The notes beneath the pieces were generated by a model. The model saw only the letters and a list, made by a program, of their open reading frames with translations. It made no database searches and was not told the DNA's origin. Below are positions 57,196 through 64,000 of a stretch of 64,000 nt of DNA, in pieces. How positions within the stretch are numbered: the stretch's first letter is position 1; every line of letters begins with the position of its first letter. Source of the stretch: Candidatus Nitrospinota bacterium M3_3B_026 (GTDB lineage Bacteria; Nitrospinota_A; UBA7883; JBPRGF01); contig JBPRGF010000033.1 in the NCBI GenBank assembly GCA_051418015.1, positions 288,001 through 352,000 on the forward strand, in the 5' to 3' direction. A program made the position numbers and the translations under genes.

Positions 57196-57771
57196 TCAGT
57201 TCAAGGGATAGATCACCGAGAACGCGCCACGCACCTGGTTCACGTCATATCCCGTGGCGTCGTCGTCGGGATAGTTCGTTCTTATGGCGGCCTCCGCCTC
57301 CGGGTTCAGGTCCGCCTCATGTCCGTGACAGTTAAGGCACAACCTCTGTGTCATTATCGGTTTCATGAGCCTGAGCCTTTTCCCTTCGCCCGGGACTGTC
57401 TCCATCGCCGTGTAGAACGATCGGAGCATTCCCGCGGCGTGGTCGGCCTCCATTCTCTCCAACATCTTCATTTCAACCTTGTCGGGGGCATTGCCTTTGT
57501 TCCGCAGCTTGAGGCTCACGCGGCGGATCGTGGCGCCATGTTTTTCGCCGATATCCATGGCCGCTTGTGGGGCGATGGACCTGCATACGCCTATGGCCGC
57601 TCCAAAACCGGAGTTCTTTATGGCGCTCTTCAGGTTCGACTTCAGCTCCATCCCGAGCTCCTTTATCATCTTCTTCGAGTTTTTCGCGGCCTCTCTTCTC
57701 GTGGCGTCCGCCTCTGCCGGGCCGTGAAACGCTACGAACACGATGGCCGCCGCCACAAAAACTTTACGCAT
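57196..57771 (-). CDS. Periplasmic Tll0287/DUF3365-like c-type heme protein
   Basis: Signal peptide; AIGVC, RRVSLKLRN..N.PD, CLNCHG, YPDD.ATGY...VRGAFSV; ATG at 57771. Confidence 0.88.
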   Translation of the reverse strand: MRKVFVAAAIVFVAFHGPAEADATRREAAKNSKKMIKELGMELKSNLKSAIKNSGFGAAIGVCRSIAPQAAMDIGEKHGATIRRVSLKLRNKGNAPDKVEMKMLERMEADHAAGMLRSFYTAMETVPGEGKRLRLMKPIMTQRLCLNCHGHEADLNPEAEAAIRTNYPDDDATGYDVNQVRGAFSVIYPLN

Positions 57772-57868
57772 GGCTGTCTTCTCTCCTTGCAAGGTTTTCC
57801 AGACTTCGGATTCCACCAGATCTAAAATTCTAGCCTACGCCGGGCCGCAGGGGAACCCTCGCCAGGTT

Positions 57869-59290
57869 TTAAGGCCCGCCCGGAGCCGCGCGCGGCCGCT
57901 GATAATACCCGGGGGCCAGCTCGTTGAGCTTTTTGAATTCCTTTGCCGCCTCGGAGTAGCGCTTCATCTTTTCGTAAGTCTTTCCGAGGTAGAAACGTAT
58001 TATCGGCTCACCGGGGCTTATCTTTTTCGCCTTCTCGAGGATTACGGCCGCCTGCGTTAAAAGCCCGTTTGTGTAGCGCGCTCTTCCTATGGCGAAGTAC
58101 GACAGGGCCAGGTGCGGGTCCCCCGGCGTGTCACGGAGGGCTTTGTCGTACCAGACCAGTTCGTCGTCCACGGTCTTTGTCATTCCCGCTTTCCTGCCTT
58201 CTATTATTTTCGACCGCGCCCTGAAATATGATTCGACCTTTTCCGAGACGGCCTCGTCCGTCGTTAAGCGGATCGGCGACGGCGTTCTGTAAAGACTCAA
58301 CAGGAAAAAATTGTCAGCGGACAACAGGGAAGGGGAGGTCTTCTCATGCGCCCCGTTTGCGCCGATGACCGGGTTTTCGGCCTTGTTGATGGACACGCCG
58401 GACACAAGGTCCGAAAGCCCCTCGCCATCGTTGATATAGAAGGATAGGAAGCTGTACGTGTTGACGCCCTCCGCCATGGCGTCGTGGAGCCTGACGCGCT
58501 CGAGACGGCGATGGATGAGGGCCGGGTCGAGGCGAAACGGCTCCTTCGAGCCGAGCAGCAGAAGCCAGGCCCGGACGGGGTTTATGTCACCGCTCCAGGC
58601 GGTCACATTGGGAAAGGCGCGCAGGAACGTGGCGATGATCGTCCTTATCTCATCCCTCGAAAAAGAGGCGAGGGATACCCACTGGGCCATCACGCCGCCT
58701 TCGCCGAGCAGTTTTGAGAGATTCTGGAAGTTCTCCAGGGTCAGATCGTCGGCCTTTTCTTTCGCCCCGGCGAGCGAGTCCAGCCCGGCGATTATGACGT
58801 CGTAACCGCTTTCGGCCTTTCTCGCCCACTCCACGGCGGAGGCGGCGTGTATGAAGACAGCGTCTTCCTTCCACGCGCCGCGGTTGTCAACCGTGAAAAA
58901 TTCCCATGCCGTCGCGAGGACCGGGTTTTCGAGGACGACGTCCACGCGGGCCGCGCCGTGGGCCAGGGCGGCCGCGGCGCCGGCGCCGGTCGAAGGACCC
59001 GGGACAAGGACTCTGCCTGGCGAAGGGGAGGAGGAAATAATGAGCGGATAATTGGCCCTGCGCGCCGTCCCGTCGCCTGTCCAGCCGATCTCATTCCCGT
59101 TCAACCGGAGACTGTATACCCGTCCCCGCTTGATCTCCACGACGGAGACGGACCCGCGCTCGCCTTTTTGCTCAAACAGGGTTTTTCCGGGCGGGGGGCC
59201 CGACGCGCCTTGCGCCGGACCGGGAAAGGCGGCGAAAAGCACGGCCGCGGCCGGAGCAAGGATGAGTGAAAGCCGTTTTTGCCTGGTCAT
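57869..59290 (-). CDS. Exported spermidine-synthase-like protein with degenerate SAM motifs and C-terminal TPRs
   Basis: Signal-like N-terminus from ATG 59290; SLRLNG, YDVII, L...GVMAQW, F...FP; TPR pattern YLGKTY......EA..EF. Confidence 0.65.
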   Translation of the reverse strand: MTRQKRLSLILAPAAAVLFAAFPGPAQGASGPPPGKTLFEQKGERGSVSVVEIKRGRVYSLRLNGNEIGWTGDGTARRANYPLIISSSPSPGRVLVPGPSTGAGAAAALAHGAARVDVVLENPVLATAWEFFTVDNRGAWKEDAVFIHAASAVEWARKAESGYDVIIAGLDSLAGAKEKADDLTLENFQNLSKLLGEGGVMAQWVSLASFSRDEIRTIIATFLRAFPNVTAWSGDINPVRAWLLLLGSKEPFRLDPALIHRRLERVRLHDAMAEGVNTYSFLSFYINDGEGLSDLVSGVSINKAENPVIGANGAHEKTSPSLLSADNFFLLSLYRTPSPIRLTTDEAVSEKVESYFRARSKIIEGRKAGMTKTVDDELVWYDKALRDTPGDPHLALSYFAIGRARYTNGLLTQAAVILEKAKKISPGEPIIRFYLGKTYEKMKRYSEAAKEFKKLNELAPGYYQRPRAAPGGP

Positions 59291-59322
59291 AAGGTTCAAA
59301 AGAGCAGCGGTTGAGACCGCTG

Positions 59323-60138
59323 TCAGGTTACGGGTTTCCGGGATGACTCCACGGTGTCCCCGCCGGGATTTTTCAGGACGCTGCCGGGGGCGTAGAATCC
59401 TTTGGGCACGGTCGTGTTGGGGTAGACCCAGCTCTGGGCGCCTATGAGAGTCCCCGGCGATGTCACGGTGTTGCAACCGATCTCGGTGTAGTCGCCTATG
59501 ACCGCGCCGAACTTTGATCTCCCGGTTCTCACCTGCTTCCCTCCGGTTTGAATCACCACCTCGTTTATTCTCTCCTCGTCTATTTCGCCCCTCGTTCTGA
59601 ACTGAAGATTGGCGAGGATGGTTCCTGCGCCGAGGTTGACCCTGCTCCCGATAATGGCGTCGCCCACGTAGGCGAAGTGGCCCGCGTTTGACCTGTTCAT
59701 GAAGATGGAGTTTTTCACCTCCGTAACGTGCCCTATGACGCAGCCGTCCCCCACGATCACCCCTCCCCGCAGGTACGCCCCCTGCCGTATCTCGCAGTCC
59801 TCGCCGATCACGCAGCCCGGCTTGATTATCGCCGTCGGCTCGAGAAGCGTTCCCGCTCCGATCCGTATCCTGTGCTCAGGGATGACGATCTCCTCCTCCA
59901 GGATCATGGGGCTGTCCACGACCAACATGGCCTCCCTGCCGCCGCTGCGGGGCCGCCGGACGATATCCAGCCTGGCGCTGGCCCCCAGGCTGTCCACCCC
60001 AGCGCCCTCCCTGTTGGATATAAAGTCTTTTATCATCTCGTCCATCCGCGTGAGGGCGTCCCACGGCCTGGGGCCGGAGAATATTTCGTCAATCAGAAAA
60101 AAGCCGGAGTCCGGGGAGAAATAATCGGTAATATTCAT
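59323..60138 (-). CDS. Stand-alone hexapeptide-repeat acyltransferase resembling the GlmU C-terminal domain
   Basis: RPWDAL, IGEDCEIR, EVKNS, HFAYVGD.IIG..VNLGAGT..AN, KFGAVIGD; no nucleotidyltransferase domain. Confidence 0.82.
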   Translation of the reverse strand: MNITDYFSPDSGFFLIDEIFSGPRPWDALTRMDEMIKDFISNREGAGVDSLGASARLDIVRRPRSGGREAMLVVDSPMILEEEIVIPEHRIRIGAGTLLEPTAIIKPGCVIGEDCEIRQGAYLRGGVIVGDGCVIGHVTEVKNSIFMNRSNAGHFAYVGDAIIGSRVNLGAGTILANLQFRTRGEIDEERINEVVIQTGGKQVRTGRSKFGAVIGDYTEIGCNTVTSPGTLIGAQSWVYPNTTVPKGFYAPGSVLKNPGGDTVESSRKPVT

Positions 60139-62156
60139 AAGACCGCCTCCCTGAGACGGGCCAGGCGCCAGAGGCCTAGCTCCGTGAGGGTGTAAGCGCC
60201 GCCGTCCGCCTCAACAAGGCCCTGGCGGAAACCCGCTTCCAAAAGAAGCCTTTCGCGCTCTGTCTCTGAGAGGCTTTTAAGACGCTGCGAAAAATCCTCC
60301 CCCGCCTCGACGGCTTCCAGAAGCGCCGCCTCGGCCCGCGCCATCGGGCTTGTCATATCCTTCATTCCGGCCAGCAGGACACGCGCCGCCGCCTCGCCGG
60401 TCCTGTCCAGCAGCTCCCTGGCCGCCATCGGGCCGCGCAGGCTGACACCGGTCTTGTCCTCCGTCCCGGAGTTGCGGACGAAGACAGAGGCGGCGTGGGA
60501 GCCGGACTCCGTTATTTTCATGTACAGAGTCTCCCGATCCTCCGGCAGGGTCATGATCTCTATCCCGGCGCCTTCCCATTCAGCGCGTACGGATTCTTCC
60601 ACGACGCCGGACACCTTCCTCCAAAGCTCCGATCCCTCAGACCAGAGGCTTTTGTCGACATAGTAAATATATATAGTCCTTTTATACCCTCCGGGGAAGG
60701 GGTGTCTCAACCTCCCGATCCTTTCCGCCGGGGAAAGCGGCCCCATGAGCGGGCCAGAGAGGACAGCGTAGGAGTTGAGCAGGCTTTTGAGTCCGTCGCC
60801 CGCGAAAACCGCGCGCGGGCCTTCTTTCGTGTCGATGACTGAGGGGACAACGATATGGCCGCTCTCTTCGGCGCCGATGGCGAACCCCGCGCCCAGGGCG
60901 CTCACAAGCTCGACCCCCTCATCATCCAGCAGTCTTTCGATGGCATCGGCGGAAGGGTTTTTGTCTCGGACGATCTCCCCGATTTTGCCGAGAACCTCCG
61001 GCGGCGCGGCGCGTTCCACGGCGGAGACTACAGCCTTCAGCAATATCCATTTGTCACCCACCGCCGTCAGCCCGGTGGTGTATCCAAGCCTTTCCGCCTC
61101 CGCGGAGGCGGAAAGGTCGCTTTCCACGGTATTGACGAACATTTTTCCGCCGCCGCTGCTTCTCCCGGCAAGGATGACAGCGGTCTCGTCTCCCGTCCCG
61201 ATGAAGGCGGAGTCCGTGAATGGGTCGTAGTCCACCCTGAAGAGCCTGTCTCCGTCCCCGTCGAACACGGCGGCGGAGACAATGGTCTCGCCGGTCTTTA
61301 TCCGTTCGGCGTTCTCCCTGCCTTTCTCAAATAAGGCGGCCATGGCCTTGGCGCCGGAGAGCCGTCCGCCTTTTTCGATCATGTCGGGCGTGATCTCCCG
61401 CAGCCCCTCCAGCTCCGCCACGCCGGAGCGCTCATTGACGGAGCCGTCGAGGCCGTCGTTCACTATGACGACTTCACCGAAACCGGCCTTGCGGAGGATA
61501 TCGCCCGCTAAAGGCCCCAGCGCGCCGTTGGCGAGATCGGCTATGAGAACGATGTTTTTTAGTGTCTCAGGGCTTTCTATCCAGCTGTTGCGCGCGTCGA
61601 GAACGTATCTCGTAAATACCTCCCCCGCCTCGGCGCTTCTGTCGATCGCCTTCCCCTCCGTCCGCGCGCTGACCACGGTTTCGTAATCCGTCTGCAGGAC
61701 ACGGCGGGAAAGCTCCACATCGTCCCCCGGGAGGAGCTTGAGGCCCCGCCGCGTAAAAATCTTGATACCGTTGTATTCGGGCGGATTGTGCGAGGCGGTG
61801 ACGGCGACGCTCCCGGCGGCGCCGATGGCCCTCATGTACACAGGCGCCGCGGGCGTGGGCGCCACGCCGATCACCGCGGCGTCCGCTCCCGCCTTCAGAA
61901 GGCCCCGGACCGCCGCGTCCGTGAAAATCCCCTCGGGGTCCCTTGGGTCCCAGCCGATGACCACCGTCCCGCCCTTTTCCATGAGGCCGGCCTCGATCAT
62001 CTGCCGCGCGCGGCAATAGGTGTAAAGCTCCATGAACTCTTCGGTGATGACATCTTTTTCCAGAAAAGCGCGTTGAGGCGTCATCCCCGCGAGGGCCGGA
62101 TCGCTGGACAGGGACGTCTTTCGGCGGACGCCGTCGGTTCCCTGGAGCCTTGTCAT
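60135..62156 (-). CDS. Alpha-D-phosphohexomutase (GlmM/PMM-like), enlarged
   Basis: GTDGVR, TASHNP..YNGIK (phospho-Ser), FDGDGDR, VGDKW, AEESGH, VRNSGTE; between glmS and the GlmU-like gene. Confidence 0.88.
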   Translation of the reverse strand: MTRLQGTDGVRRKTSLSSDPALAGMTPQRAFLEKDVITEEFMELYTYCRARQMIEAGLMEKGGTVVIGWDPRDPEGIFTDAAVRGLLKAGADAAVIGVAPTPAAPVYMRAIGAAGSVAVTASHNPPEYNGIKIFTRRGLKLLPGDDVELSRRVLQTDYETVVSARTEGKAIDRSAEAGEVFTRYVLDARNSWIESPETLKNIVLIADLANGALGPLAGDILRKAGFGEVVIVNDGLDGSVNERSGVAELEGLREITPDMIEKGGRLSGAKAMAALFEKGRENAERIKTGETIVSAAVFDGDGDRLFRVDYDPFTDSAFIGTGDETAVILAGRSSGGGKMFVNTVESDLSASAEAERLGYTTGLTAVGDKWILLKAVVSAVERAAPPEVLGKIGEIVRDKNPSADAIERLLDDEGVELVSALGAGFAIGAEESGHIVVPSVIDTKEGPRAVFAGDGLKSLLNSYAVLSGPLMGPLSPAERIGRLRHPFPGGYKRTIYIYYVDKSLWSEGSELWRKVSGVVEESVRAEWEGAGIEIMTLPEDRETLYMKITESGSHAASVFVRNSGTEDKTGVSLRGPMAARELLDRTGEAAARVLLAGMKDMTSPMARAEAALLEAVEAGEDFSQRLKSLSETERERLLLEAGFRQGLVEADGGAYTLTELGLWRLARLREAVL

Positions 62157-62166
62157 CGGCCGGTGG

Positions 62167-63990
62167 TCAGGCCACGGTCACGGACTTGGCCAGCGACCTG
62201 GGCCTGTCTATGTTTCGTTTCAGCGTGGTGGCGATATAGTACGAAAGAAGCTGCGCCACCACCATCTCCAGGAAGGGGGCCGTGAACATGGGAGTTTTCG
62301 GCAGGGCTATCTGGTCGGAGAAGGGCAGCCTTTTGGACTTCGCCGGCTCGAAGGTGATGCCGAGGACATAGCCGCCCCTGGCCCTGATCTCCTCCGCGGA
62401 GGAGAGGGTCAGATCGTAAAGCTTCTTGTTCTCCCGGGGAGGCATGAAAACCACGGAGTTCAGGTCATCATCGATCAAGGCTATCGTCCCGTGCTTCAGG
62501 AATCCGCTCGGCATCCCCTCCGCATGGACATAGGCCACCTCCTTCATCTTGAGGGCCGACTCCATGGCGATGGGATAATAGCGCCCCTTGCCGAGCAGCA
62601 GCCAGTGGCGGATATGGCTGTGCTCCCTGGCTATGTTATGGATGAATCCGGACTTTTCGTTCAACAGTTTTTCGATGGCCTTAGGCATCGAGCGCAGCTC
62701 CCGGTTGTGGGCGTTGTAGTCCCGCTTTGTCAGAGTCCCCGTCATCAGGCCCGCTTCCAGGGCGATCCGTGAAAGGATGACCATCTGCGATAGCGCCGCC
62801 TTCGTGCTTATGACGCATATCTCCGGACCGGAGCCCTGCAGGATCAGGTGGTCCACCATCCTTGCTATGGACGAGCCCATGACGTTCACAATGGCGGCGG
62901 TGGCGGCGCCTTGTCTCTTCGCGTGGCGCAGCGCGGTGATGGTGTCGTAGGTCTCGCCGGACTGGGAGCAGGCCAGCACCATCGTGTCCGCGCCGGTGTG
63001 AGCCAGGAAGGTAAACTCGTCAGAGGAGACTATGTTGGGCGCGATCCCGGCGTATCTGCTGAAGTAGTACTGGCCGAATTGGGAGACATAGAACGTCGTC
63101 CCCACGCCGGTGAGGTATATCTCCTTTCTCCTCACGATCTCCCCGGCGATTTCGCGGATCTTCTCCACGCCGAGGTCCATGGCGTTTTTCACCACCTGCG
63201 GCTGCTCGTGAATTTCTTTGAGCATGTAGTGGGGAAACCCGCCCTTCTGGGCCATCTCGGAGTCCCACAGAATGTCCTGGGCGGCCCTGGAGATCGTCTC
63301 GCCGGTAGCCAGGCTCTTCAGCGAGTAGTTGTCGGAGGTGATGACGGCGTACTCGTCGTCGTCCATTATCACCGCGCGTTTCGTGTGGTTGATGAAAGCG
63401 TTGAAATCCGACCCGATGTAGTTCGCGTCCGCCCCGAGGCCGATGATAAGCGGGCTCTCCTTCCTGGCGCAGTATATCCTGTCCGGCTCGTGGGCCGATA
63501 TCATGGCGATGGCGTATGTCCCTTCAAGGTCGTTGACGGCCGCCACGAACGCCTTCTCGACGGACTTCGTCTTCTTGTAGCTCTCCTCCAGGAGGTGCAC
63601 GATGACCTCCGTATCGGTCTCGGAGAGGAACTTGTGTTTTTTCTTTTCCAGCAGGGAGCGCAGCCGCGAGTAGTTCGAGATTATCCCGTTGTGGGTTAGA
63701 GAAAACATCCCGTCGCAGGAGGTGTGGGGATGGGCGTTGGCCTTGGTCACGCCGCCGTGCGTAGCCCACCGGGTGTGAGCGATGCCGACGTTGCCGGTCA
63801 GCTCGGAGAGCCTTTCCTTATGCCGGACCTCTTCCACGGAGCCTATGTTCTTGCGGACCATGGTCTTCAGCGATCCGTTCATCAGGGCGACCCCGCACGA
63901 GTCGTAGCCGCGGTACTCCAGAAGCTTGATGGACTCGACGAGCCTGTCGGATATGTTATCCAGCGAGACTATGCCAGCGATACCGCACAT
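62167..63990 (-). CDS. glmS: Glutamine--fructose-6-phosphate transaminase
   Basis: MCGI, LEYRGYDS.G, HTRWATHG, SQSGET, STKA, ALKMKE, LKHG, LAKSVTV. Confidence 0.96.
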   Translation of the reverse strand: MCGIAGIVSLDNISDRLVESIKLLEYRGYDSCGVALMNGSLKTMVRKNIGSVEEVRHKERLSELTGNVGIAHTRWATHGGVTKANAHPHTSCDGMFSLTHNGIISNYSRLRSLLEKKKHKFLSETDTEVIVHLLEESYKKTKSVEKAFVAAVNDLEGTYAIAMISAHEPDRIYCARKESPLIIGLGADANYIGSDFNAFINHTKRAVIMDDDEYAVITSDNYSLKSLATGETISRAAQDILWDSEMAQKGGFPHYMLKEIHEQPQVVKNAMDLGVEKIREIAGEIVRRKEIYLTGVGTTFYVSQFGQYYFSRYAGIAPNIVSSDEFTFLAHTGADTMVLACSQSGETYDTITALRHAKRQGAATAAIVNVMGSSIARMVDHLILQGSGPEICVISTKAALSQMVILSRIALEAGLMTGTLTKRDYNAHNRELRSMPKAIEKLLNEKSGFIHNIAREHSHIRHWLLLGKGRYYPIAMESALKMKEVAYVHAEGMPSGFLKHGTIALIDDDLNSVVFMPPRENKKLYDLTLSSAEEIRARGGYVLGITFEPAKSKRLPFSDQIALPKTPMFTAPFLEMVVAQLLSYYIATTLKRNIDRPRSLAKSVTVA

Positions 63991-64000
63991 GACGCCAGTT

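Overview
This is a gene-dense, GC-rich chromosomal window from a diderm bacterium (outer-membrane porin, TolC and MltA present); taxonomy is not resolvable with confidence from sequence alone. Most of it is housekeeping: comEC, accA, hflKC, addBA, folB-folK fusion, mtaB, rbfA, truB, comM/yifB, rplU-rpmA-obgE, ispF-gltX-cysS-rlmB and glmS-glmM-like-GlmU acetyltransferase domain. Five non-routine parts stand out. (1) A compact chemosensory-like operon whose CheA appears circularly permuted (P3-P4-P5-P1-P2), flanked by a CheY-like protein and a pseudo-REC/REC protein, with CheX nearby and no receptor or CheW gene in the window. (2) A ~10.6 kb copper locus headed by a Cyc2-type monoheme cytochrome-porin with His/acidic loop repeats, followed by a non-canonical PII protein, CusCBA, CopA, a small YHS protein missed by the ORF track and a secreted protein with ~29% Met in its mature part. 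(3) An orphan ftr/fhcD divergent from folB-folK. (4) An unknown gene with a sigma28-like promoter and a four-hairpin, CsrA-type leader. (5) TGTC-tagged REP-like palindromes bracketing truB. I saw no rRNA, tRNA, CRISPR array or transposase. All family calls come from motif recognition by eye, not database searches.
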